In this document: piece after piece, positions 1 through 11,786 of the stretch
Numbering within the stretch: the first letter of the stretch is position 1
How the letters are laid out: every line of letters starts with the position of its first letter
Source of the DNA: Octopus sinensis
Taxonomy: Eukaryota
Reading direction: 5' to 3'
Length of the DNA: 64,000 nucleotides
Assembly (NCBI RefSeq): GCF_006345805.1
Contig: NC_043003.1
Coordinates: forward strand, 99,200,001 to 99,264,000
Notes under the pieces: model-generated
The model's database searches: none
What the model was told of the DNA's origin: nothing
The model's input: only the letters and a program-made list of their open reading frames with translations
Program-made: the position numbers and the translations under genes

Positions 1-97
1 CTATAGTAGAAGACACTTGCCCAAGGTGCCACGCAGTGGGACTGAACCCGGAACCATGTGGCTGGCAAAGAAGCTACTTACCACATAGCCACTCCTA
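1..97 (-). mobile_element. SINE type A, 5' tRNA-like head (cut by window edge)
   Basis: Reverse complement of AGGAGTGGCTATGTGGTAAGTAGC...GGTTCAGTCCC...CCTTGGGCAAGTGTCTTC; matches the fuller copies at 13805 and 58023. Confidence 0.85.
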
Positions 98-168
98 TAT
101 ATATATATTCTAGTTTATACGTATGTATGTGTAAATATATATATATATATAAAAATAAAAAAAATAAA

Positions 169-219
<51 letters not shown>

Positions 220-239
220 GTGTGGTGTGTGTGGTGGTG

Positions 240-270
<31 letters not shown>

Positions 271-840
271 TGTGGTGTGTGTGTGTGTGTGTGTAAATAC
301 ACGCTTTAATAATTGTCCACTTATAAAACTCATGTGTGAAATCAAAAGGCCTTTTGATCAGAAACCATGAAAACTGTTATTAGTCACTTATTAAAGTAAG
401 ACACACCAACATCTTGATTGTCTTTCTTACTTCTATAAACAACTAACCACCTCCTGAGCGATTATTTAAAAGATACACGATCAGATATACATCATTTTTT
501 ATAATGATTTATGTGGCTGAAAGCAGATATGTCAAGACAGCACAGAAAATACTTATTAGTTATAATTGCTAACTGCAGAAGGGTCTCTGGTATCAGAGAC
601 CTTTCTGCTGTTTCGCAATTATATTCAGGACAAATGCTAGTTTGTAGTTTTTTTAAGGTTAAAATTTAGGTAGCTCTAAGTCTTATATTAGTATTTAAAC
701 TGATAAGAACATGTGTTCATTATACTGCATTGAAAGGCGACGAGCTGGCAGAATCGCTAGTATATCGGACAAAATGCGTAGTGGTATTTCGTCCGTCATA
801 ATATTGAGAAACAGTTGGTCTGCCGTTTGGACACTGTTGA

Positions 841-1415
841 TCACATCCTGAAGTTCCTTGTAGAACTGATCTTTCTTCTCATCTTCTGCTTTAGAATCGG
901 AGCATATGCACTAATGAGATGGGTCATTCCAGTTATAATCTCCACTTCCATGATAGTGACGAGCTCACGTAAGTCTCGATGAGTACTGATCTTGTTCAGC
1001 AATCTGTTGTGTACTGCGAACCCCACACCATGGATTCTCCTCTCATCTTCCCCAAGACCCTTCTAGAAGAATGTGTGATTTCTTTCCTTAATGGAACCAG
1101 AGTCAGTAACTCTTGTCTCTTTTGCTCGGCAGTGATGTCTACATTCAGTTGTGTGAGCTCCCTGTCAATGATTGCCGTTTTCCTGATGTCCTCTGTTTTG
1201 TCCCGGGCGGTAATGTCCATTCCGGTTGCAGGTGCTGCCTGAAGATAGCTTGGATCATTCCTCCCCATCAACTGCCTTAGGGACCCTCTCTCCGGATTTT
1301 CTGTTTGGGTTTACCCCCTTAGCCATTCATAGTCCTGTATGTGTATACAAGGCAACAAAATCAGCCGCAGGTTGTACCATCTACTGTCATTTTGGTAGCA
1401 GCACTAGTCTGACCT
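841..1415 (-). pseudogene. RTE-clade LINE 5' leader plus decayed APE endonuclease N-terminus
   Basis: ORF pieces IIDRELTQLNVDITA..., GFAVHNRLL...LISAYAP resemble the RTE apurinic endonuclease motifs (NIDIAALQE, GVGFAV, SAYAP); frameshifted. Confidence 0.8.
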
Positions 1416-1664
1416 GACACACACACATGACTCGCACCCCCGACACACACACATACAAGGATATATATATAAAATTAAAATAAATAGTAAAATGATATAT
1501 ATAGATAAAAGATATGCTTTTGAGAAATAGAAGATAATATATATATAAAAGTAAAACTATATAAGTAGAAATATAATTTAAAATATAACCTATATATATA
1601 TATATATATATAATATATATATATATATACATTACAGACATTTTTTTACAAACATTTTGTTGGA

Positions 1665-1856
1665 TGGCCGTTGAATGTTCATGGAGTTCCTCTGCCCTTT
1701 GATGGGTTATGTTTTTTATCCCGCAGGGTGTCCAACACACCCTCCTCACCATGCAAGCCTGGTGAGGTTGCCAGTTTAGTCACCGACGACCCGACCATGC
1801 AACAGGTTGTACTGGGTTACATGCTACCAGTAGCACTCTAGAGTGACCTGACATCA
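1665..1856 (-). mobile_element. RTE-like 5' leader fragment (same family as 16335-16880)
   Basis: Reverse complement of TGTCAGGTCACTCTAGAGTGCTACTGG...GTACAACCTGTTGCATGG; closely similar to 16335 onward. Confidence 0.7.
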
Positions 1857-2490
1857 TATATATATAAAATGTAGCGCGGGATTTTGTCAGTGAACAGGTC
1901 GCAGTTTCAAAGCGACGAAAATATTTTGACAAATTAAATTTTAATGTTGAAGTGAATCTAACGGTTTTTGTGTGTTTTTAAATGGCTATCCCACACTCCT
2001 CTGCTACACCCACCCTCTGCCTACCCACAACCCCCACTCTACCCCAACCCCTAGCCGAACCCACATCCCACCCGTGCTTTCCCCACTCTCGCCTCCCCCT
2101 CCTCCCCACATCACACCGCACCACGCTACACCATGCAACATTACACGACTCCCCCACCTCCCCACAATATCACACCATACAACATTACACATCACATCAC
2201 AACACACCACCCACACACCCATCCCCACATCTTCCCACCTACACATACATACACACACACGTCCAGACCACCAGCCCTCTTTCACACGCACATACATACT
2301 CTCTTATACACACACGCACCTTTGTGTTGGGGGTCATCTTTACCTTGTTATCTCCCCTACTTTCCTACTCCCCTACTTTCCTATTCCCCTACTTTCCTCC
2401 TCCCGTCTGACCATTCTGTCCGAGTCAGACGCCATGATAGATCGTTAGCCACTACACACATCTTTTCTCTCCTTGTTTTTTTCTGTGTAC

Positions 2491-2526
2491 CTTTCTGTAG
2501 AAGAGCGTAGGCTCGAAACGTAAAAG
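2491..2526 (+). ncRNA. Minimal hammerhead-like motif with altered core (CUGUAGA)
   Basis: CTTT-CTGTAGA-A-GAGC-GTAG-GCTC-GAA-ACGT-A-AAAG: 4-bp stem I, 4-bp stem II, palindromic ACGT stem III; A6 is replaced by U. Confidence 0.45.
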
Positions 2527-2636
2527 ACTTTTTCTATTCCTGAGCGTTATACTAATACATCTGTTTGTTTTGTACACCACCTGTCTTCTTTTGTTTTTTT
2601 TCGTAAACTTTCCCTATATATATATTATATATATAA

Positions 2637-2868
2637 ATTTCTTTACTACCCACAAGGGGCTAAACACAGAAGGGACAAACAAGGACAGACAAACGGATTA
2701 AGTCAATTATATCGACCGCAGTGCGTAACTGGTACTTAATTTATCGACCCCGAAAGGATGAAAGGCAAAGTCGACCTCGGCGGAATTTGAACCCAGAACG
2801 TAACGGCAGACGAAATACGGCTATGCATTTCGCCCGGCGTGCTAACGATTCTGCCAGCTAGCCGCCTT
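2637..2868 (-). mobile_element. SINE type B, full length
   Basis: AAGGCGGC...GCTGGCAGAA head, GTTCAAATTCCGCC B-box-like motif, CCTTTCATCCTTTCGGGGTCGATAAA body, AGTAAAGAAAT end; many copies in the window. Confidence 0.9.
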
Positions 2869-3025
2869 ATATATATATATAAGCGCATGTAAAATTGTAT
2901 ACGTGTACATATGCGTATGTACGTATACATATAAGCTTCACCTACACGTTGGGAAATTGAATTTTGTTTCAAGTAATTGGTAACTCACATCTCGTGAGTT
3001 TTGTTCTTTCATGCAAGCACGTATA

Positions 3026-3632
3026 CAGGATATTCGGGCTAAATACAAGTTTCTCAACCGCGTCCCACACATAGTAATCCATAGGATTATAATCGAGGGA
3101 ATTAGAAAGCAAGAAATTGGAGATAGGTAAGTTGTAGAAATTCTCCAGCAACCACTTTTGAAATCCTATGATGGTATAACAAGGAACCGAATCCTGCTGC
3201 CACACATATACCCTCCCAGCAGCAATTTTCTCAGTCTCCAGCAGCTTCACATAATCGTCTGAATTGAGCTTAAGTCCCTAGTCATAGACGTGGGGCGGCG
3301 TGACGTCACCCTCAATAGAGACATATGCGGAAACCATCATAGTTTTGGGGAAACTTGGCTTTCATGATATTCATGTCACGTCCTACAGCCTTTACAATGT
3401 TCACAGAGCAATAAGCAACAGTCATGAAGTTGGCATTTTCATACCCGGTGTAAATCACCATGATACAGTTAACCCTTTTCCGATAGTCAGGTGGCTTCCA
3501 GTCCCCCATTTCAGCTAACTTATATAACTATAATCTTTCTGCTCCCCAACGCCGTTGATTATTCACAAAGACACCAAGCTGTTCCTGAGAAAAGGAGACC
3601 TAAAAATCGTCAAATTTAGCCCGAACACCTTG
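3026..3632 (-). mobile_element. Internally deleted Tc1/mariner-superfamily (IS630-Tc1) element with TIRs
   Basis: TA|CAGGATATTCGGGCTAAAT ... ATTTAGCCCGAACACCTTG|TA; minus-strand DDE remnant YVWQQDSVPC...WLLENF...SLDYNPMDYYVWDAVEK. Confidence 0.8.
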
Positions 3633-3903
3633 TATACTCCGATTAAACTCGGCTTTCGATATATACTCCGGCAGACAAAAGTTCTAATTAATTCAAATGG
3701 CTTCTAGTCCTCCATGTCACCTAACTTTTACTCAACTACAACTATGCTCACCAAGGCCATTGAATATTCATTCACAAATACTCCAAGCAATTCCTGAGAA
3801 AAGGAAACATTAAAAAATCGTCAAATTTAGCCCAAACACTGTATACTCCGACTAAACTCGGCTTTCAATATATGCTCCGGCAGACAAAAGTTCTAATTAA
3901 TTT
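3558..3903. repeat. Diverged ~210-bp-period direct duplication of the Tc1 right end plus flank
   Basis: TTCACAAA...TTCCTGAGAAAAGG...CGTCAAATTTAGCCC...GGCAGACAAAAGTTCTAATTAATT occurs at ~3558-3695 and ~3765-3903. Confidence 0.8.
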
Positions 3904-4060
3904 GCTTAGAGATTAAGTAGTTTCCTCTTAATTTTCTCGGAGATTAAATGTGTCCCGGTAATTAACATACATTTCGTTGCAATAAATGTATGTAATAGTT
4001 TTCTTGGTTTCACAGAGTCTAGATACGCCAAGGGTGGGTGGGTGTGTGTGTGAATGTATG

Positions 4061-4091
<31 letters not shown>

Positions 4092-4599
4092 GTAGACATT
4101 CGTGTGTATATACATATATATATATACACACATATATATACGTACATACATACATACATACATACATACATACATACGTATGTATGTATGCATGTATGTA
4201 TGTATGTATGCATGTATGTATGTATGTATGTATGTATGTATGTATGTATGTATGTATGTAGGGTGGGTACTCGGGTGTTCAGAAAGTACTTACATATTTC
4301 TCTGACATAAATTGTACGTCAGTCAGCTTAGGCGTGATTAGCATTAAACGGTATAAAATAACATTTAGATCTAGTTTATCATTTTCTATTCCATCCAGCA
4401 GTGTATCGTCTGTAGTGTGTGTACATTTAAGCTTAACGTCCATTCAAAATATTATCTTCAAAAGTAGCATATTAATAACTGGCTACTATATGAATTTCGA
4501 AACTAGTATAGTAGTGCTACAAACATAACAACGAAAACTATTTGTAAACTATATACTGATGTAGTAAACACTCGTAAATGCCAGCCGTGGTATCATCTA

Positions 4600-4900
4600 A
4601 AGATTAAAAATGGCGATTATCTGTTTGATAAGCCTCGCTCTGGGACACAAATCATTTTGTGTGACGATCTTTTGCGAGAAACACTTGAATCAGGTCTTCG
4701 TTAAAGCGCGTGAGATTTGTCGCATAAACTGAATGAATCATGTTTAACAAATCGACGGCAGATCTCATAAAAATTGCAGAAAAAATACTTGGAAGGGATT
4801 TTGCTCCTTTATGAAATCTTGCACGAGAGCCAAACTCAACGTTCTCCAATTTACTTACAGCATTTACTTGACCAGGAAAAAAAACGAAGTCTCGCTCTTG
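4600..4900 (+). mobile_element. Decayed mariner transposase HTH-region fragment
   Basis: Translates YLFDKPRSG...DDLLRETLES, then frameshifted LGR..; resembles the mariner D-x-PRSGRP region. Confidence 0.5.
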
Positions 4901-6821
4901 CACTTATTATCTTAATAATTTGTACAGGTTGAATAATATGATAATGGGTTCCCTGCACAGAGGAAAAAAACGAAATGGTCATGGCTGGAATACCTTTGAT
5001 AATTTTGCTCGTTGTCTGTTGACCTGGCAATAAATAATGAAATTGAAAGCAAATACAATGGTGTCATCAGTATGAACAATAAGCTGGAAGCCTCTTAATG
5101 GACGCAAAAGCTTCTAGAAACAGCTGTCAAATATCCTTTACAATCTAGTTACTAGACGTTGCTGCTTTTCTCGGCGCCATTTTTGCTGTTGACGTTGCTT
5201 TTTCTCAGTATTATTTCTTTCATCTTTCTACGGAATTCCCCAGGGAATTTTATGACCAGCTTCATAAAAATATGTTTTGGGCTTTTTACATTATTTTTTT
5301 CTTTATTTTTGTTTTGAAAAGTAAAGTAGTGAATAAATTAAAAAGAACGGGATTTCCAGCAACATTTTCCACAGTGTTTTACGAAAAAGATTTGAACATT
5401 TGACATTTGAAAAATACATCGTAAAAAATTTTTGGTCAACGGAGCCCTGTGCTTAAGCACACCTAAGCTGGCACTACTAACGAGTCCTAATTACCCCCAA
5501 GAATTTCATTTTTACCCCCACTTAGGGTAATTTACCTCGGTTCACCGACCCCTGGTCTAGTATGTTATAACGGTCTCATTCGATTACACAATGTAGTGTT
5601 ATATAGGTTAAAAAAAACCAGCGGAATCGTCATGGCCGAATGCCGTTGATCATGAGATATGTGAAATTAATACTAACCTCGAATTAAACACTAGCAACGA
5701 CAATATCGGCGAAGGATCCATGAGGCCACCGTTTTGATCAGCTAGAGATAGTAACTAAATCTCTATATCGCAAACCTTACGTCGTGAATAAAAAGAATGC
5801 ATTGGACAGTGTAAATTCTAAACACAGTACCTGAATATAGACGGAACAGTCACGGCTGGAAGACGTTTGATCGCAAATCTACTTGATCCAAACTAGCCTG
5901 GTGCTAAACAACAACTACAGTCTCTGCTGTTAGCGAGAAAGTATTTACACATCGTTTGACCCGAACTGGTCAAAATGCTTTGCGGCGTTTCGGCCCTGTT
6001 TACATTATGAGTTCAAATTTTGTTGAGGTTGATTTATCGACAGAATAAGTACCAGTTGTGTACTGGGGTCTACGTAATCGAATATCCCCTCCTCCTAAAT
6101 TATTGGCGTTGTGCCGAAATTTGAAACCATTATTATATTTGTGTTTAAGGCGGAGAGCTGGCAGAATCCGTAGTACTCCGGGTTAAATGCCCAGCAGCGT
6201 TTCATCCGTCTTTACGTTCTGAGTTCAAATTACGCCGAGGTCGACTTTACCTTTTGTCCTTTCGAGGTATATGAAATAAGAACCAATTAAGTGCTGGAGT
6301 CGATGTAAATCAACAAGTCCCCTCTCTCAAAATGCCAGACCCTGTTTCAATAGTATAAAGGATTACTATACTTGTATCTCTTGATATTAAGATTGAAAAA
6401 GTCTATCTCATTTCTAAGAAATTATTTTGGACCTGGTTTGTACCCACTAAGCAAATTTCATTATCGCTGTTGTGATTCTGAGCCTATCATATCAAAAAAA
6501 GGACGTTCATATTGTGTAATATACAAGGTGATCATAACTGGGATGCATTCGATTATAGATGTGCAGGATCAGTGCTGAACTGAGCCAAAATAAGAATATT
6601 TCCAGCGTTTTCTCCACTTTCACCTCTGGCACAACCACTTGTATTCCATCACCACCACCATCAGTACCACGCTGCTACCATGACTGCCACTCAACCATTA
6701 CCAATATGTTACCAGATCTAAAGTTAGTATCACTAAAACAATCGCTGGTATATCACCACTAACAATGGCTGTTGATTTATGCACAAGGCCAACAGCTTTG
6801 AGGGGAAGCGATTAGTTGATA

Positions 6822-7057
6822 CCTGTTTCTTTACTACCCACAAGGGGCTAAATACAGACTGGACAAACAAGGACAGACAAAGGAATTAAGTCGATTATAT
6901 CGACCCCAGTGCGTAACTGGTACTTAATTTATCGACCCCGTAAGGATGAAAGGCAAAGTCGACCTCGGCGGAATTTGAACTCAGAACGTAACGGCAGACG
7001 AAATACCGCTAAGCATTACTCCCAGCGTGCTAACGTTTCTACCAGCTCGCCGCCCTA
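6822..7057 (-). mobile_element. SINE type B with 13-bp TSD
   Basis: Full head-body-tail; ATTAGTTGATACC flanks both sides (6811-6823, ~7058-7070). Confidence 0.9.
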
Positions 7058-7173
7058 ATTAGTTGATACCATTGACTTCTGTTATGTGACTGGCACTATA
7101 TTTTATCTATCCCGGTGGAGATGAAAGGCACAGTTAACTTTGGATTTATTTGAACTCATAACATAAAGAGCCG

Positions 7174-7705
7174 TAAGGCGGCGAGCTGGCAGAAACGTTA
7201 GCACGCCGGGTGAAATGTCTAGCGGTATTTTGTCTGCCGTTACGTTCTGAGTTCAAATCCCGCCGAGGTCGACTTTACCTTTCATCCTTTCGGGGTCGAT
7301 AAATTAAGTACCAGTCACGCACTGGGGTTGATATAATAGACTTAATCCGCCTAATTGTCCTTGTTTGTCTCCTCTGTGTTTAGCCCCTTGTGGGTAGTAA
7401 AGAAATAGGTATTTCGTCTGCCGTTACGTTCTGTGTTCAAATTCCGCCGAGGTCGACTTTGCCTTTCATCCTTTCGGGGTCGATAAATTAAGTACCAGTT
7501 ACGCACTGGGGTCGATATAATCGACTTAATCCGTTTGTCTGTCCTTGTTTGTCCTCTCTGTGTTTAGCTCCTTTTGCTTAGTAAAGAAATAGGTATTTCG
7601 TCTGTCGTTACGTTCTAAGTTCTACCAAAGTCGACTTTGCCTTTCATCCTTTCAGGGTCGATAAATTAAGTACCAGTTGCGTACTGGGGATCGATTTAAT
7701 CGACT
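7174..7705 (+). mobile_element. SINE type B tandem multimer (full copy + headless ~184-bp copy + partial copy)
   Basis: Units joined at AAAGAAATA-GG-TATTTCGTCTG at 7408 and 7592. Confidence 0.85.
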
Positions 7706-7759
7706 GGCTTCACTTCTCCAAAATTTCGAGCCTTGTGCCTAGAGTAGAAAAGAATGTAA

Positions 7760-8400
7760 AGAGTCATAACAAATGCCACAAGACACTTTTTCTGACGCTC
7801 TAATGATTCTTCCAGCTCTTTGCTCTCACCACCGCCACTAAAATTAGTTTGAAATTTTGGCTCAAAGCCATTAATTTTAAGTGGGAGTGGAACAAGTAGA
7901 TTGCATTGACTCCAGTGCTCAAGTGGCACTTATTTTACCGACCCTGAAAAGATGAAAGGCAAAGTCGATCTCGAAGGAAATTTTATCCGATTTGGCCAGC
8001 TCGCCGTTCTCTGCTCTTCGCCCTCCGCCACCATTACTCATTGTCTTTTCTTCTATTGGTACAAGGCCTGATATTTTGGGAGGATCATAATCGATTACAT
8101 TGACACCAGTGTTCAACTGGTATTTATTTTATCGATCCCTGGATGAAAGGCTAAGTCAGCCTCGGTGGAATAATAACAGCATCAACAACAACACTTAAGA
8201 TTTCAATTTTGGCACAAGCGGTGGGGGTTAATCGACTACACCAGCCTCCAATGTTCATCTGGTACTTATTTTTTCGACCCTGAAAGTTCGGAAGCAAAGT
8301 TGACATCGGCGGAATTTGAACTCAGGACATAAAGACCAAAGAAACGTCGATAAGCATTTTGTTCGACTTAGTAACGGTTTTGCCTGATCACTCTCATCCG
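7760..8400 (-). mobile_element. Cluster of old, diverged SINE-B-related copies
   Basis: Degenerate CGACCCTGAAAAGATGAAAGGCAAAGTCGA motifs at ~7940, ~8135 and ~8280. Confidence 0.65.
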
Positions 8401-8870
8401 CCACTCCACCAGCGATACCACTGATAATAATTCTATCAATACTACCTAACACTACCGAGACCACCGACCACACATCAGTACAATCACGACCTCACTATCA
8501 CTATCAACAACACTACACCAACAACAACCACCAACACCATCCATGCCGCTAACAACACAGAGCACCACCAACGTCACCACCATCACAACCAACACCGTAT
8601 CCATACCAACATCTCAATCACCACACACCACCAGAGCTCCCACCCCGCTCGCTATTGCTCCACTGCCATCACCTCACTACGATTACCATCACTACAATCA
8701 ACACCGGTACCGCCACCATCATCAGTACACTAAGTATTACGATCTGTACAATCACCACCACCTCAACTACCATCATTGCCATCACCACTACCCAATTAAC
8801 CACCATCACCACTATCATTGTCATCACCACCACAACAATCACAACCATAACCAGTTCCACATCTATCACC

Positions 8871-8902
<32 letters not shown>

Positions 8903-8930
8903 CAACAACAACACCATCACCAATGTCATC
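8400..8930. repeat. Cryptic (CAC/CAA/CAT)n trinucleotide repeat
   Basis: Low-complexity tract giving His/Thr-rich pseudo-ORFs. Confidence 0.9.
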
Positions 8931-9428
8931 ACATTTGTTCTCCGAAATGTCCGATACGTTTCTTTCAATGTTAAAGGTTAAAATCCGTTCCCAAGGCTAG
9001 AACTCTTAATCTGCCATTTCGCTGTATCATCTTCATTAAGTGTTTCTGTAATCCTGTCCGCAAACGTTGATGAATATCCGTTACTTAACCTTTGTAGCTA
9101 AATGAAGATAAACGTTCTCTTCACTCCTCTCTTCTTCTTCTTCTTCTTCTTCTTCTTCTTCTTCTTCTTCTTCTTTTCCTCCCCCTCCTCCCCTCCTCCT
9201 CCTTCTTCTTCTTCATTGTTTCTTCCCAGTTACTTCTTCTCGGTTAAGTATCAAACACTAAATGACTAGCACGTTTAATCTGTGATCCAACTAGAGACAT
9301 TTCAATTAAAAGATAACAGCATTACTTATTTAAGTCTTCAGCATCTTCGAGACTTTTAGTGAAGAACTGAAGACAAAAGAAAAAGGAAAGGTGTAAAGGA
9401 GAGAGAGAACAATGAGTGAGAACGTATG

Positions 9429-9481
<53 letters not shown>

Positions 9482-9789
9482 GTGCGTGCGTAAGAGGGAG
9501 AGAGAGAAAGAGAAAGAGAAAGTTATACGCATATACACATGTCTGTATATGTGTATATGTGTGTATATATATTATATATAGAGAAAGTGGGAGAGAGAAC
9601 GAAAGGTTCATATATAAATACGAGCAAAACGCCACCCGTCCAATGGACGGTGCTGAGTTGTCAAACATTTAAACCAAATTTTCTCAAAACAACTTGTCCG
9701 ACCGTCCCATAGGCCTCCCCTTTGAGAAACACTGATTTAACCTAAATTTGAGACACCAGCAAAAGAAGAAATAAAAATAGACTTTTTTC

Positions 9790-9997
9790 CTATTCCAAGA
9801 AAAACGATTTTACAAATGCACATTCCCACGGCTTTATCGATCGCATTCTCACCTGAAATCGATTTTTGTAATTTTTTCAAGGCTTATACACGCCCTGATA
9901 CCGTCGGTATCTACATATCAAATTTGAGTGCAATCGGATGGAGGATGTCCGAGATCCAAAAGGCACACACACAGAGAATGGATTTTATATAATAGAT
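9790..9997 (-). mobile_element. Helitron/DINE-1-like non-autonomous 5' end
   Basis: Minus strand A|TCTATTATATAAAATCCATTCTCTGTGTGTGTG...CCGATTGCACTCAAATTTG; same layout as the element ending at 61012. Confidence 0.55.
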
Positions 9998-10016
9998 ATA
10001 CATACAGATACATATG

Positions 10017-10053
<37 letters not shown>

Positions 10054-10062
10054 ATATATATA

Positions 10063-10523
10063 TATCAAAAAATAAGAAACAAGAATGGATCCGGTAATTT
10101 AGTACAATTGTTTCATACTACAACATTTTATTAAAAGCTGTAAATATTACAGCAGATTTAAGATGCCGAGTAATCTTCAGCTAATTTTATATAGGTTTTC
10201 CAATAATATAAAGTTTTCAAATCAATTAATAACATCTTAGGGAGGTAAATATACAGATAAAGATGTAAATATGAATCTTAGGAACATGTGGTCGTGTAAT
10301 TCAGATGCCAACTGACTAAAATCTTGTTTACAACTGACTGTTGTAAGAAAATTTCTTTAGTTATAAGGATAGGGGTAAGGGCAGGTCAAGAATTCAAGTT
10401 AGTTGAAGAAAAGACGAGGAAAATTCAGGATATGTAGAAGAAGAAGATGTTGTCACTAGAACAAAGGGTCAATCTATCTCTGTGGTGACAAAAAAAATTC
10501 TTGTTGCTTATTTTTTATTATAA
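10063..10523 (-). mobile_element. HHR-bearing Penelope-like fold-back element next to (TA)n
   Basis: ~25-bp inverted termini (AAAAAATAAGAAACAAGAAT / ATTCTTGTTGCTTATTTTTT) and an internal HHR. Confidence 0.6.
10096..10186 (-). ncRNA. Type-I hammerhead ribozyme, extended stem II (10.1-11.1 pair is U.U)
   Basis: Minus strand AATTAG-CTGAAGA-TTACT-[49 nt]-AGTAT-GAAAC-AATT-GTA-CTAAATT. Confidence 0.7.
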
Positions 10524-10619
10524 TCACCCCGCATATTTTTATGGGTAATACCATAAAATAATTCTGGTGCATCTAAATTAAGTGCCATATTCATTTGAAT
10601 CTAAATTGTTGCTGAACTA

Positions 10620-11220
10620 TATATATATAATAGGACAATCAGTGAGTTGTCAAAATAATACTCAGAGTTTCAAATACCGGAGCAGAAAGGCTCTGGGCTT
10701 TTTTTAGAATGTTATGAAAAAAAGAACCTTTGAAGAAAGGGGAGTTACTCTAATAGGCGTGGGAAAATTGCTGTAAAAGATGTAAGATATATAATAAATT
10801 ATAAAAATGTACGCAAATGCAAATATACGTGTGAGAGTGTGTACATTTGTACATATATGTGCAAATGCGTGTGTTTGTATATATATATATTTATATTCAT
10901 ACATCTTTATGAGTATTTTGTTGCCTGTATTTTTATAATTTTTTATATATTTTGTATTTTTATTTTTAACTTTATTTCCCACACCTATTAGAGTAACTTC
11001 CTTTTCTTCAACGATTTTTTTTTCTTCCTAACGTTCTTATGTTAATAACTGATGAAAAATACCTAGAAGCTTTCTGCTCCGGTATTCGAAACTCTGAGTA
11101 TTATTATGACAACTTACTGATTGTCTTATATTATATATTTATAGATAAATTCCTCTATTTACATAATATCGAAGTCTCATTCATTCTTTTGTTGTCATAT
11201 TATTATTATTATTATTATTA
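10620..11220 (+). mobile_element. Second fold-back element family with an HHR in the right arm
   Basis: Inverted arms 10628-10697/11062-11135 and 10716-10765/10975-11024 around a TA/TG-rich core. Confidence 0.65.
11043..11106 (+). ncRNA. Type-I hammerhead ribozyme
   Basis: TAATAA-CTGATGA-AA-AATACC-[17 nt]-GGTATT-C-GAA-ACTC-T-GAGT-A-TTATTA; GUA cleavage triplet; A.C at 10.1-11.1. Confidence 0.7.
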
Positions 11221-11254
11221 TTAATATATATATATATATATATATACATATATA

Positions 11255-11460
11255 TATAATCAAAATAAGCAACAAGAATGACTCCGGTAATTTGGTACGA
11301 TCGTTTCGTACTACATCATTTTATTAAATGTCGTAAGTATTACAACACATTTAAGATGCTGAGTACTCATCAGCCAATTATAGAGGTTTTCCATTAATAC
11401 AAAAATTTTCAAATCAAGTGGCAACATTATAGAGAAGGTAGATATACAGACAAAATATAA
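11255..11460 (-). mobile_element. Truncated paralogue of the 10063 element, flanked by (TA)n
   Basis: ATCAAAATAAGCAACAAGAATGACTCCGGTAATTTGG...; collinear with 10063-10270. Confidence 0.75.
11289..11379 (-). ncRNA. Type-I hammerhead ribozyme, intact core, extended stem II
   Basis: Minus strand AATTGG-CTGATGA-GTACT-[49-nt hairpin]-AGTAC-GAAAC-GATC-GTA-CCAAATT. Confidence 0.8.
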
Positions 11461-11481
11461 CATATATATTATATATATATA

Positions 11482-11596
<115 letters not shown>

Positions 11597-11605
11597 ATAT
11601 ACATA

Positions 11606-11753
11606 TACTCTTTTACCCTTTTGTTTCAGTCATTTGACTGTGGCCATGCTGGAGTACCGCCTTTAGTCGAGCAAATCGACCCCAGGACTTATTCTTTATA
11701 AGCCTAGTACTTAATCTATCGGTCATAAACATACCAACATCGGTTGCCTAGCG

Positions 11754-11760
<7 letters not shown>
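11606..11760 (-). mobile_element. SINE type A 3' half
   Basis: TGTTTCAGTCATTTGACTGTGGCCATGCTGGAG... Confidence 0.8.
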
Positions 11761-11782
<22 letters not shown>

Positions 11783-11786
<4 letters not shown>

